From NCBI GenBank assembly GCA_020343435.1, contig CP070794.1:126413-190412 (forward strand): a DNA stretch of 64,000 nt. Direction: 5' to 3'. The notes under the pieces were generated by a model, which was given only the letters and a program-made list of their open reading frames with translations, was not told the DNA's origin and searched no databases. Made by a program: the position numbers and the translations under genes. Below are positions 1-9,366 of this stretch, one piece after another. The stretch is from an archaeon (GTDB lineage Archaea > Nanobdellota > Nanobdellia > Pacearchaeales > UBA284). Within the stretch, counting starts at the first letter, position 1; each line of letters opens with the position of its first letter.

Positions 1-70
1 TTAACCACTCTTTTCTTAATGGAATTGTGTAAACTTTCTCTATTTTGGGTTCTTGTTTTTTCTTTGCCAT
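1..70 (-). CDS. rpl31e: 50S ribosomal protein L31e (N-terminal part, runs off window)
   Basis: Manual translation MAKKKQEPKIEKVYTIPLRKEWL; the YTIPLR motif and position after L39e match the conserved S19e-PDCD5-L39e-L31e order. Confidence 0.85.
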   Translation of the reverse strand, partial: MAKKKQEPKIEKVYTIPLRKEWL

Positions 71-71
71 T

Positions 72-314
72 TTAATGTTTCTTTCTTATTCTTCCTGAAA
101 TAAACTCTTTTCCAGCTCTTCTCTTAGCTGTTTTTTTAATTCTTCTCTTGATCTTGGTTCTTCTCCAGTGTCTTTTAACTCTTGTTAGAGCGGAAGGGTG
201 AGCTCTTCTTCCTTTGCCTTTAGCTTTAGGAATAACCCAAAAAGGAGTCCATTTAGTTCTCCTTTTCAATTTAGTTAATCTTGTTTTTTTAGTGTGACTT
301 TTTCTACTTGCCAT
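72..314 (-). CDS. rpl39e: 50S ribosomal protein L39e with basic C-terminal extension
   Basis: P.WV and RHWRRTK motifs; gene context. Confidence 0.85.
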   Translation of the reverse strand: MASRKSHTKKTRLTKLKRRTKWTPFWVIPKAKGKGRRAHPSALTRVKRHWRRTKIKRRIKKTAKRRAGKEFISGRIRKKH

Positions 315-316
315 TT

Positions 317-577
317 TTATCTTCTGAAATTAAAAGTTCGTTTACCTCTCTGAATTTCTAATAATATTGCTTTAAAATCTTGATCAGATAATGTTTGGTT
401 TATTTGGCCCATCTGAGCTGCTTGAGCAATTACAGTTATCGCTTTAATTGCTGTTTCAGGATGTGCTAATTTTACATTACCGTATCTCTGAATTGCTTCT
501 TTGCTCATAACTTTTTTTGCCATTTTTTCTAAGACAGCTAATTGTTGAGTTAATTGATTTATTTCTTGATCATTCAT
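317..577 (-). CDS. PDCD5-like double-stranded DNA-binding protein
   Basis: MSKEAIQRYGNVKLAHPE...LSDQDFKAIL pattern; located between S19e and L39e. Confidence 0.85.
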   Translation of the reverse strand: MNDQEINQLTQQLAVLEKMAKKVMSKEAIQRYGNVKLAHPETAIKAITVIAQAAQMGQINQTLSDQDFKAILLEIQRGKRTFNFRR

Positions 578-1002
578 TTTAATTCTTTAGCAAAGTTTTC
601 TAAAAATTCCTTACCTTTTTTATTTAATCTTCTTCCAGCATTTTTTTCTTTAATATGTTCTACTAATCCTGCTAATGTTGCTTGTTGTAATATTGTTCTT
701 ATGATTTTTCCAGAAGCTTTTTCAAATTTCTCTGGTTTCATTCCCCTATCTTTTTTAGATCCATATTTTATTCTTAATCTTGAAACTCCAACAACTCCTT
801 TAACATATAATGATCTTAAAATGCTTGCAGCTCTGATATACCACCAATCTTCATGTTCTGGTGGTCTTTCTCTTGAAGCACCTGTTTTTACAAAAACTGC
901 CCATTCAGGCATTTTAAATTCAGGAATTGTTTTTAATTTAGAGGCTAAAGCTGAAATAAACTTCTGTGGCTCAATCTCGTGAACTAAGTTTTTTTCCGCC
1001 AT
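574..1002 (-). CDS. rps19e: 30S ribosomal protein S19e
   Basis: PEWAVFVKTG..RERPP...DWWYIRAASILR; ASGKIIRTILQQ. Confidence 0.95.
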   Translation of the reverse strand: MAEKNLVHEIEPQKFISALASKLKTIPEFKMPEWAVFVKTGASRERPPEHEDWWYIRAASILRSLYVKGVVGVSRLRIKYGSKKDRGMKPEKFEKASGKIIRTILQQATLAGLVEHIKEKNAGRRLNKKGKEFLENFAKELK

Positions 1003-1241
1003 TTCTTAATAAAAACTGTGTAACCTAAGATTCTAGAAACGAATCTTTTTTCGTAGAGATTGCTTAATTTTTGACATATTTCATCACTTAATTTCTTAAG
1101 TTCTTTTTTATCTCTACAACAGCTTCTCAATATAGAAATCTTAACAAGATCGTGCTTTTTAAATGTTTTTGAGATAGTTTCTATAAAATTCTCTGTTAAA
1201 CCATTCTTACCTAATTGAAACAGTGGAATTGCTCCTTTCAT
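984..1241 (-). CDS. YhbY/CRM-domain RNA-binding protein
   Basis: QLGKNGLTE...HDLVKISIL...ILGYT; usual neighbour of S19e. Confidence 0.85.
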   Translation of the reverse strand: MKGAIPLFQLGKNGLTENFIETISKTFKKHDLVKISILRSCCRDKKELKKLSDEICQKLSNLYEKRFVSRILGYTVFIKKWRKKT

Positions 1242-1309
1242 AATTCTAATAAGGGGTATTAGCTTTTAAACCTAATTAGATTTATAAATAAAGAGCCAAT
1301 ATCTTAAGC

Positions 1310-1654
1310 ATGGATGATAGTTATACAAATCAGCAAGTAGCTCAGTGGTATTATACTTGTACTTGTTTTAATTCAAAACGCTCTGATGGAGCGGTTTGTA
1401 GGGGCATTCGTGAGTCTGAAAAGAGTATCCATGAAGAATATCAAAGTAATGGAAATTTAAATGGGTTATCTCTTCCTGGAATTACGAGAGTTCCAATAAG
1501 AGCTATTAAAATTCTGGAGAAAATCCTTTCAGCAGCAGATCCTATATTATTTGTGGAAGAAGAAGCAAGTAGATGTAGTCAAACAATATCTCATAGATTT
1601 GAACAGCATAGGGGCGGGCAGGTTAGATCAAGAAGGAATTTAGATCACTCATAG
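1310..1654 (+). CDS. hypothetical protein, weak resemblance to the PolX N-terminal helix-hairpin-helix domain
   Basis: ORF with TATA-like TTTATAAA at 1281; TNQQVAQ...SIHEEY...LPGI...ILEKIL pattern. Confidence 0.5.
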   Translation: MDDSYTNQQVAQWYYTCTCFNSKRSDGAVCRGIRESEKSIHEEYQSNGNLNGLSLPGITRVPIRAIKILEKILSAADPILFVEEEASRCSQTISHRFEQHRGGQVRSRRNLDHS

Positions 1655-2173
1655 CTTAAAACCCCCCGCAGGGATTGCTTGAAGAACTTCTTGTTTCTTA
1701 ACTTTTAATTTCTCGGCAATAATTTCAGCTACTTTTTCTTTAGGAATCCTTCCAGGCAGAATTCTGTGTTTTGTAACAAAGGGAACTGCTCTTAAAACTC
1801 CTTTTTGTTTTTTAAGATATAAAACTAGTGGGACTTTTTTCTTTTGAACTTTCCCAAGAACTCCAAAAGTCCCTTTTTTCATCTTCTTGTCCTTGTAAAC
1901 CTGATTTCCCCTGAAAATATGAACTTCAGCTGTTTTCTTTTTCTTCTTCCATTGTTGGGAAAAACAAGTACAGAATATTGAAACTTCTTTTAGATCTTTA
2001 GAACTAGGATTCTTAATTATACAAAAAGGAGATCCGGGTGTAGAAGTATGAACTATTACATCGGTAGGTTTAATTTCTTTCATTAGCCTTTCATTCTGAT
2101 CAGAATTCTTTCCACAAATAACTAACTTCTTAGAAGAAGTATAAAACCACCTATAATTAATCTTCTTCATCAT
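1649..2173 (-). CDS. NFACT-R (DUF814) RNA-binding domain protein
   Basis: YRWFYTS...GKNSDQNE...VHTSTPGSPF. Confidence 0.8.
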   Translation of the reverse strand: MMKKINYRWFYTSSKKLVICGKNSDQNERLMKEIKPTDVIVHTSTPGSPFCIIKNPSSKDLKEVSIFCTCFSQQWKKKKKTAEVHIFRGNQVYKDKKMKKGTFGVLGKVQKKKVPLVLYLKKQKGVLRAVPFVTKHRILPGRIPKEKVAEIIAEKLKVKKQEVLQAIPAGGFKL

Positions 2174-2369
2174 TTTCTTCAGCTTCCTGTATTTCTTCTA
2201 ACTCTCCTTCACTAAACCCTTTCCTAAACCCAGTTATACATGCTGTTCGAGAACCAAGTGCCCTGTGATATTGTAAGCACTCACAACAAATCCCGTGCCT
2301 CCTACACTCTGTAAATGGACAAGGGCAATCCTGTTCATTATCTTTTTTATTCGGACATTTTTTTCTCAT
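2157..2369 (-). CDS. small Cys-rich protein (DUF6485-like)
   Basis: CPC...C.RHGICCECLQYH...AC motif; ATGA overlap with cysS. Confidence 0.7.
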   Translation of the reverse strand: MRKKCPNKKDNEQDCPCPFTECRRHGICCECLQYHRALGSRTACITGFRKGFSEGELEEIQEAEENDEED

Positions 2370-3730
2370 TTTATCCTCCTTATTTTAGTTCCTTTTCCAG
2401 TATCATCTAAACTATATCCAAATTTTTTTAATTGTTCTCTTAATTTATCTGCTTTTTTGAAATTCTTTTCTTTTCTTGCTTTTTCTCTTTCTTTAATTAA
2501 ATCTAAAACTTTTTTTGGAATAGCAAATCTCTCTTGTTTAAACAGATCTAAACCAAAAACTTCATCTATTTTCTTAATAGTTCTTACTTTTCCTGGTGCT
2601 TTTTTATCTCTAACTAGTTTCCATAAAACTTGTAAAGCTTTTGGGGTATCTAGATCATTATTTATTGCTTTTTGGAATTCTTTTAAGTATCTTTCATTAA
2701 GTTTCTTATCATCTTTTAATTCTGAGATTATATTTTTTAATCTAAAGTAAGTTTTCTGTGCATTATCTAAATTCTTGAAAGTAAAATTCAACTGAGTTCT
2801 GTAATGTCCTGTTAAACAAAAATAACGATAAGATAGGGGATTGTAACCTTTTTTTTCTAAAGCAGTAATTGTGTACATAATTCCTTTGCTTTTTGACATC
2901 TTTTCTCCTGAAAATAAGAGCCACCTCAGATGTAACCAATAATTAACAAACTTTTTTCCTGTTGCTGCTTCAGATTGAGCAATTTCATTCTGATGATGAA
3001 TTGGGATATGTTCTTCTCCACCAGTATGAATATCAAAATGTTCTCCAAGATATTTCATAGACATTGCTGAACACTCTAAATGCCATCCTGGAAATCCAAT
3101 TCCCCAAGGAGATCTCCACTCTTGTTGCCTTAATCCTGGCTTATGAGAAAACTTCCATAATGCAAAATCTGTTTTATTTTTCTTTTCTTTTAATGTAATC
3201 CTTTTTCCTGCTTGTAAAGTTTCTTTTTTTATCTTTCCTAATTTGCCATATTGTTTAAATTTAGAAGTATCAAAATAAATTCCATCTGAAGTTCTGTAAG
3301 TTAATCCTTTTTTCTCTAGTTTTTTTATTAAATCTATTTGTTCTGAGATATGTTTTGTAGCCCAAGCCCAGATTTCTGGATTTAAGAGATTTAATTTTGA
3401 AAAATCTCTGCTAAAAACATCAAAATAATAATGGGTAATTTCAGAAGCACTTTTCCCTTCTTTTTTAGCTGCTTTCTCTACCTTATCCTCTCCTTCATCT
3501 TGATCTGAAGTTAAATGACCAACATCAGTTACATTCATCACATGTTTAACTTTATATCCATCATATTTTAGAACTCTTTTTAGAATATCCCAAGCAACAT
3601 AAGCTCTTAAGTTTCCAATATGTTGAAACCAATAAACTGTTGGCCCACAACTATAAATTCCTGCAAATCCTTTTCTAATTGGTTTAAATTCCTCTTTTTT
3701 TCTTGTTAATGTATTGTATAGCTTTAACAT
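2366..3730 (-). CDS. cysS: cysteine--tRNA ligase
   Basis: CGPTVY, HIGN, GFPGWHLECSAM, KMSKS. Confidence 0.97.
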   Translation of the reverse strand: MLKLYNTLTRKKEEFKPIRKGFAGIYSCGPTVYWFQHIGNLRAYVAWDILKRVLKYDGYKVKHVMNVTDVGHLTSDQDEGEDKVEKAAKKEGKSASEITHYYFDVFSRDFSKLNLLNPEIWAWATKHISEQIDLIKKLEKKGLTYRTSDGIYFDTSKFKQYGKLGKIKKETLQAGKRITLKEKKNKTDFALWKFSHKPGLRQQEWRSPWGIGFPGWHLECSAMSMKYLGEHFDIHTGGEEHIPIHHQNEIAQSEAATGKKFVNYWLHLRWLLFSGEKMSKSKGIMYTITALEKKGYNPLSYRYFCLTGHYRTQLNFTFKNLDNAQKTYFRLKNIISELKDDKKLNERYLKEFQKAINNDLDTPKALQVLWKLVRDKKAPGKVRTIKKIDEVFGLDLFKQERFAIPKKVLDLIKEREKARKEKNFKKADKLREQLKKFGYSLDDTGKGTKIRRIK

Positions 3731-3765
3731 GGGAATATCAAGAAAAAGAAGTTTAAAAATTTAGC

Positions 3766-4335
3766 TTACTTAGCTTTTATCCTCACATCAAATCCAAAAG
3801 TATCGTAAGGGGTTTGGGCTGGCCCTTTTGTAACATCCACCCTAAATCTAACAAGACATAGTGGTGCATCTAAATCTGGTTCAAATCTAATAACTGTATA
3901 ATAAGTATCTCCAGGTCCTAAAGGAATGTTTCTTTCTGATTCTCCAGCAACAATCCAGTATTCTGCATCTGAAGCAGAGATCCCACATTTTTCCATTATC
4001 CTACTATCACTTACCTTTACAGTATAACCATAATCACTCTGTCTTGAACCTATATTCCTTATAGCAAACGCCACACCAAATGCCTCTCCTTGTTTTATTT
4101 CTGCCAATCTATCTGATAAATAAAGTGCTGTTCCTTGGTTATCCTCTGAAAATAATTTATTGATTTCTGCCTTTACTTTTTCGTTCATTGAAAGAACATT
4201 TTCTGTAGCTCCTCCAAAGATTTGTCTTACAAAAACTAATCCTAGAACTAATAAAACAACAGCTATTACTATAATGACCATTGTACTTACAGACATTTCA
4301 AATGCTGCTTTTTTGTTAAGTGATCTTAACTTCAT
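3766..4335 (-). CDS. pilin-like protein with class III signal peptide
   Basis: Likely start ATG 4335: MKLRSLNKKA-AFEMSVSTMVIIVIAVVLL; basic leader followed by a hydrophobic helix. Confidence 0.75.
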   Translation of the reverse strand: MKLRSLNKKAAFEMSVSTMVIIVIAVVLLVLGLVFVRQIFGGATENVLSMNEKVKAEINKLFSEDNQGTALYLSDRLAEIKQGEAFGVAFAIRNIGSRQSDYGYTVKVSDSRIMEKCGISASDAEYWIVAGESERNIPLGPGDTYYTVIRFEPDLDAPLCLVRFRVDVTKGPAQTPYDTFGFDVRIKAK

Positions 4336-4392
4336 TTTAACATCCAGACACATCTAATCTCATTTTATGGTCCTCCATCAATATCTCCTATT

Positions 4393-4599
4393 TTATTTCT
4401 TTCTTTTTGGTTTGGTTTCACAAGTGCAATAATCTTTACATCTCATAGCACATATTCCTGCAAAAATCAAGATTAGCCCCCAGAAAATTGGGTGAGCTAA
4501 AACAGGCTTAATCATATTATTAATTAAACCTTTAGAAAGTAACCAAATACCAATAACTAAAATTATATGCCCAACAATTATTGGTCCTGTTTTACACAT
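4393..4599 (-). CDS. small two-TM membrane protein with Cys-rich basic tail
   Basis: Two hydrophobic segments; GAGG upstream of ATG. Confidence 0.6.
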   Translation of the reverse strand: MCKTGPIIVGHIILVIGIWLLSKGLINNMIKPVLAHPIFWGLILIFAGICAMRCKDYCTCETKPKRKK

Positions 4600-4652
4600 T
4601 TTGCCTCTTTTTATATTGTATAAATGAATCTCGGTTTTTTAAATGTTACGAG

Positions 4653-4726
4653 TGGGAAGACGGGGATTTGAACCCCGGACTCCATGGTCTTCAGCCATGT
4701 GCTCTCCCAGGCTGAGCTACCTTCCC
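4653..4726 (-). tRNA. tRNA-Phe(GAA)
   Basis: GGGAAGG/TCTTCCC acceptor stem, anticodon arm CATGG-CTGAAGA-CCATG, GGTTCAAATCC T-arm; no intron, no encoded CCA. Confidence 0.95.
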
Positions 4727-4805
4727 ATAAAAACAATAACCTAAAAGTCGTTTTAAAACTTTCTGTTTTGAGAGATTTTAAAAACCTAATTTTCTTTAAA
4801 AAACT

Positions 4806-6143
4806 ATGATTAAGTTTCATACAGTTGGTGGTTATAGTGAAGTTGGAAAAAACATGTCTATACTGGAAATTGACGATGATGCTATAATCCTTGACATGGG
4901 ATTATTCTTACCACCAATAGTAGAATTAGAGAATAAAAAAGGTGAAGTTTACACAGAGAGAAGTCTCAGAACTATTGAAGCTTTACCAGATGATAAAAAG
5001 ATTTCTAAAGATCTAAGGAAAAAAATAAGAGCTATTTTAATCGGACACGCACATCTGGACCATGTTGGAGCAGTTCCTTATATGGAGTATAATTACAAAG
5101 CTCCGATTGTAGGAACTCCATTTACAATGGAATTCTTAAAAGCAATTGCAGAAGATGGAAATTTTGTTTTGAAAAATCAAACAAGAACTGTTCATCCTAA
5201 TTCTTCTATAACAATTAAAGGTAAAAAAGACATTAAAGTTGAATTCATAAACATGACTCATTCTACATTACAAACAGCAATGGTAGTTATTCATACACCA
5301 AAAGGAGCAATTGTTTATGCTAATGACTTTAAATTTGATAATTATCCAATTATAGGTAAAAAACCTAATTATCAAAGATTAAAAGAACTAGGAAAACAAG
5401 GAGTTTTAGCATTAATTGTAGATTCTATTTATGCAAATGTAGAGAAAAAAACTCCTTCTGAGAAAATAGCTAGAGGATTATTAGAAGATGTTTTATTTAC
5501 AACAGATAATCAAAAATCAGGATTATTTGTAACAACTTTTTCTTCCCATATTGCTAGATTAAAGAGTATTGTTGATTGTGGGGTAAAACTAAATAGAAAA
5601 ATTGTTTTTGTAGGAAGATCGTTACATAGGTATGTTTCTGTAGCTTCAAAAGTTAATTTAGCTCCTTTTACAAATAAAATAAAATTAGTTCGTTATAGAA
5701 ACCAAGTTGAAAGAGCTCTGAAAAAAGTTTCAAGAGATCCTACTGAATGGATGGTTGTTTGTACAGGACATCAAGGAGAACCAGGATCTATTCTAGATAG
5801 ATTAACAAGAGGAGTTTTGCCTTACAAATTCTCAAGCAAAGATCATGTTGTATTTTCAAGTGCTGTTATTCCTTCTGTTTGGAGTATAGCAAATAGACAA
5901 AAATTAGAGAAAAAGATGAAAGCTGCTGGAACAAGGATTTTCACAGATGTACATGTCTCTGGACACTGTATGAGAGAAGATTTAAGAGACCTTGTAGGAA
6001 TGTTACAACCACAACATATTATTCCAGCACATGCAGGAATAGATAAAACAACTGCAATGGCTGAATTAGCTTCAGAATTAGGATATAAGTTAGGAAAAAC
6101 AGTTCACTTGATGCAAAACGGAAACAAATTAAGTCTGGGATAA
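4806..6143 (+). CDS. rnj: archaeal ribonuclease J (MBL/beta-CASP)
   Basis: GGYSEVGKN, HAHLDH, TTFSSHIAR, GHQGEP, HVSGH. Confidence 0.93.
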   Translation: MIKFHTVGGYSEVGKNMSILEIDDDAIILDMGLFLPPIVELENKKGEVYTERSLRTIEALPDDKKISKDLRKKIRAILIGHAHLDHVGAVPYMEYNYKAPIVGTPFTMEFLKAIAEDGNFVLKNQTRTVHPNSSITIKGKKDIKVEFINMTHSTLQTAMVVIHTPKGAIVYANDFKFDNYPIIGKKPNYQRLKELGKQGVLALIVDSIYANVEKKTPSEKIARGLLEDVLFTTDNQKSGLFVTTFSSHIARLKSIVDCGVKLNRKIVFVGRSLHRYVSVASKVNLAPFTNKIKLVRYRNQVERALKKVSRDPTEWMVVCTGHQGEPGSILDRLTRGVLPYKFSSKDHVVFSSAVIPSVWSIANRQKLEKKMKAAGTRIFTDVHVSGHCMREDLRDLVGMLQPQHIIPAHAGIDKTTAMAELASELGYKLGKTVHLMQNGNKLSLG

Positions 6144-6147
6144 AAAG

Positions 6148-6897
6148 ATGGTGAGACAAGATATTGTAGCAATATTAAGAAATGCTCTTGAAAGAGGGGA
6201 ATCTATTCAACAAGCTAGAAAAAGCTTGGTTAATTCTGGATATAACTTTCAAGAAGTTGAAGAAGCAATTAGATATTTAAATCGCAGTAAGCTTCCTAAA
6301 GCTCCACATGCTAGAACTAAGTTTATTCCTGAATTACCCAGAGCTGGAATGAGACATTCTCCTAAAAAGTTTCCATTTTGGATAATAATTGTGATTGCTG
6401 TTGTGATCTTACTTTACTTTTTTGTTTTTTCAGGTACTGTAAGTTCTTCAGATTGTGGATCTAATGTTAATTGTTTTCTAAATAATGCTGAAAATTGCAA
6501 AGCATCTAAACTAAGCTTTTCTGGATCTGAAGATTTTTTTGGTATGGTTATTACTAGTTCCATAGATTATGAAGTTCTTGCAGGTTGTGATTTTGCATAT
6601 ACTGTTAAAGAATTTTCTTTAAGGTATAATTCAACAATTAGAGAGCAATTAATGACTTCAGGAGTTACAAGAGAAGAGATAGATCAATTAGAACAAGAAA
6701 CTAATGTTGAAATGGATAAACTTGAAGGAAAAAGAATTAGTTGTTCTGTTGAATCTAGTGAGGATCTATATTATGTTTTAAATAAGCTCTTAGTTGAAGG
6801 AGAATCTCAAGTTACTGCTTCATTAGTTCCTCAAAATGACTCAAATGCTATAGCTCCTTTCACCTTACATGGAAGAGCTGAATGTAGGGAAGGATGA
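6148..6897 (+). CDS. single-pass membrane protein of unknown function
   Basis: Short helical N-terminal domain, TM segment (FWIIIVIAVVILLYFFVF), Cys-containing external domain. Confidence 0.7.
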   Translation: MVRQDIVAILRNALERGESIQQARKSLVNSGYNFQEVEEAIRYLNRSKLPKAPHARTKFIPELPRAGMRHSPKKFPFWIIIVIAVVILLYFFVFSGTVSSSDCGSNVNCFLNNAENCKASKLSFSGSEDFFGMVITSSIDYEVLAGCDFAYTVKEFSLRYNSTIREQLMTSGVTREEIDQLEQETNVEMDKLEGKRISCSVESSEDLYYVLNKLLVEGESQVTASLVPQNDSNAIAPFTLHGRAECREG

Positions 6898-8105
6898 AAA
6901 CTTATGATGTAGTTATTGTTGGTGCTGGGCCTGCAGGAGGCCAATTAGCTAGAGAACTTTCTGCAAGGGGGCATTCTATTCTTGTTATTGATAAAGAGAT
7001 GGAAATTGGAGAACCAGTTTATAGTACTGCTGGAACTTTCCCTACAATCTTTGAAGAGTTCAAATTACCTTTAAAGTTGGGTTCTTCAGGAACAAATTTT
7101 ATATTATTTAAGGGCCCAAAAAAAGAAGTTGAGTTGAGGTATAATAAACCTGAATTGCTAACTCTCAATTTTAAGGGATTAAAACAGTTTTTATTAAGAG
7201 AGGCTATAAAAAAAGGTGCAGAAAGCCTTATTGGAACAAGAGCAACCCACCCAATTTTAAAAGGTAATAAGATAATTGGTGTGAAATATACAGGAATAGG
7301 AGGATCTGGAGAAGTATACGGAAAAGTAGTTGTAGATGCATCTGGTCCAGAAGGGGTATTGGCTTCTCAATTGGGTTTACGAAAAAAAAGAGAGAAATTT
7401 CTAACCATCGGAGCAGAATTTTTGATGGAAAATCTAAATTTAGACAGAAATGGAAAAAGATTTGATTTTTGTATTGGGAAGTATATCGCTCCTGCGGGAT
7501 ATGCTTGGATTTTCCCAACAAACAAAAATGAAGCGAAGGTTGGTGTTGGTTTTGGAGTGGACCACTTAGGAAAAAATAAAAAAAGCAATCCAATCTATTA
7601 TTTACATAAATTTATCAAATCAAACAATCAACTAAAAGAAGGACAAGCCTTAGAATTTCATTCTGGTATCATATATGCAAACGGAGGGATAAAAAAATAT
7701 AGTTTAAACAATTTTTTAGTGATTGGGGAATCCGCATGCCAAACTAGTCCTCTATTTGGGGAAGGCATAAGACATTGTATGTGGTCAGGGAGATTCGCTT
7801 CTGAAGTAATTTCAAATTCTTTGAAATTAAATAATTTTTCTCAAAAAAAATTGGAGGAATATGACAAAAAGTGGAAGAAGTACATAGGATATCGGTGGAA
7901 ATATTCAGTAAAAATTAGGGAGATTGCTTCAAGATTGTCTGATGCTGAATTGGATCGTATAGTGGATGCTATAAAGGATATGGATCCTATGAGATTCCTT
8001 CATAGTTTAAGAACAGAGTTTACTAAAGAAGAAGTAATAAAGGGAGGTCTACATGTATGTGGAAAAAGATTTCTTCGTCTTTTTCAACCACACAAATCTA
8101 TTTAA
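6894..8105 (+). CDS. geranylgeranyl reductase-family FAD-dependent oxidoreductase
   Basis: GAGPAG, DASG, GYAWIFP, GESA...PLFGEGI. Confidence 0.85.
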   Translation: MKTYDVVIVGAGPAGGQLARELSARGHSILVIDKEMEIGEPVYSTAGTFPTIFEEFKLPLKLGSSGTNFILFKGPKKEVELRYNKPELLTLNFKGLKQFLLREAIKKGAESLIGTRATHPILKGNKIIGVKYTGIGGSGEVYGKVVVDASGPEGVLASQLGLRKKREKFLTIGAEFLMENLNLDRNGKRFDFCIGKYIAPAGYAWIFPTNKNEAKVGVGFGVDHLGKNKKSNPIYYLHKFIKSNNQLKEGQALEFHSGIIYANGGIKKYSLNNFLVIGESACQTSPLFGEGIRHCMWSGRFASEVISNSLKLNNFSQKKLEEYDKKWKKYIGYRWKYSVKIREIASRLSDAELDRIVDAIKDMDPMRFLHSLRTEFTKEEVIKGGLHVCGKRFLRLFQPHKSI

Positions 8106-8142
8106 AAACTAAGTAATTCTAATTCTTGGCTAAGGTAAAAAA

Positions 8143-9366
8143 ATGGTGAAATTCGCACATTTGGCAGATGTACATCTAGGATCCTGGAGATATCCAGAAA
8201 TGCGAGACTTAAATCTCAGAGCATTTAAACAAGCAATAGATACATGCATCCAAGAACAAGTACAATTTGTGATAATAGCAGGAGATTTATTTGATATAGC
8301 AATGCCTTCTGTGGATATCTTAAAAGAAACAGTAGCAGAACTAAGAAGATTAAAAGAAAATAACATCAATTGTTACATCATAGCAGGATCTCATGATTAT
8401 AGTGTAACAGGAAAAACCTTCATAGATGTCCTAGAAAAAGGAGGGTTCTGTAAAAACATAGCAAATGTTGATGAAGAATCCCAATTCTTAAGACTAATAC
8501 AAGAAAACAATATTTTACTAGCAGGTATTCCAGGGAGAAAAACAAGTCTAGAACTAGAACATTTTAAAAAACTAAGGTTAGAATCTCTAGAAAACTATCA
8601 AAATTTATTAAAAATATTTGTTTTTCACACAACCTTAACAGAATCTAAACCAGCTGAGATGATGCAAAGCCTAGATATCAATAATCTTCCTTCTGGATTT
8701 GATTATTATGCTGCAGGACATTTACATATCGTAGATGTAAGAAAGAAAGATAATAAACCAGTTGTTTATCCTGGTCCAATCTTTCCAAATAACTCAGAAG
8801 AATTAGAAGAGTTAAGACAAGGTTCTTTTTTTATAGTAGATTATAATAAACAAACAAAACAATGTAACTTAGAAAAGAAAGATATAAGATTCAATGATGT
8901 TCTTCTCGTTGATTTAGATGTAAATAATCTTCCAATAGAAGAAACTAATAAAAAGGTATTAGATGAATTAGAGAATAAAGATATAAAAGATAAGATCCTG
9001 ATCCTAAAAATAAGAGGTTGTTTAGCATCAGGAAAAACTCATCAGATAGATCAAGAAAAAATAAGGGAAAAGACAAAAGATGCCTACTTCTTACTAAAAA
9101 ACTTCTCAAAATTAACAACAAAAGAACTAGAAATAGATGTTGAAATAAAGAATAGAACTATAGAATCTATAGAAAATGAATTCATTGAAACTTACAAAGT
9201 TCAAGTTAATGAAGAGTTCAAAGCGCTATCAGGGTTTATACATTCTCTAATTAATAATCTAGAGTTTGAAAAGGATGAAGGAGAAAAGAAAGATGATTTC
9301 AATCAGAGAGTTTTTGAAACTGTCTCAAAAATCATACCAATAGAAAATGAAATTAAAGAAAATTAG
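8143..9366 (+). CDS. mre11: DNA double-strand break repair nuclease Mre11
   Basis: ADVHLG, AGDLFD, GSHD, AAGHLH, YPG; immediately upstream of rad50. Confidence 0.92.
   Translation: MVKFAHLADVHLGSWRYPEMRDLNLRAFKQAIDTCIQEQVQFVIIAGDLFDIAMPSVDILKETVAELRRLKENNINCYIIAGSHDYSVTGKTFIDVLEKGGFCKNIANVDEESQFLRLIQENNILLAGIPGRKTSLELEHFKKLRLESLENYQNLLKIFVFHTTLTESKPAEMMQSLDINNLPSGFDYYAAGHLHIVDVRKKDNKPVVYPGPIFPNNSEELEELRQGSFFIVDYNKQTKQCNLEKKDIRFNDVLLVDLDVNNLPIEETNKKVLDELENKDIKDKILILKIRGCLASGKTHQIDQEKIREKTKDAYFLLKNFSKLTTKELEIDVEIKNRTIESIENEFIETYKVQVNEEFKALSGFIHSLINNLEFEKDEGEKKDDFNQRVFETVSKIIPIENEIKEN

Noticed and set aside
4337..4378. 13-codon ORF MEDHKMRLDVSGC with AGGAG upstream (minus strand)
   Set aside because: Too short and featureless to support without conservation data
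4611..4820. 69-aa ORF in the track
   Set aside because: It spans tRNA-Phe on the same strand; spurious
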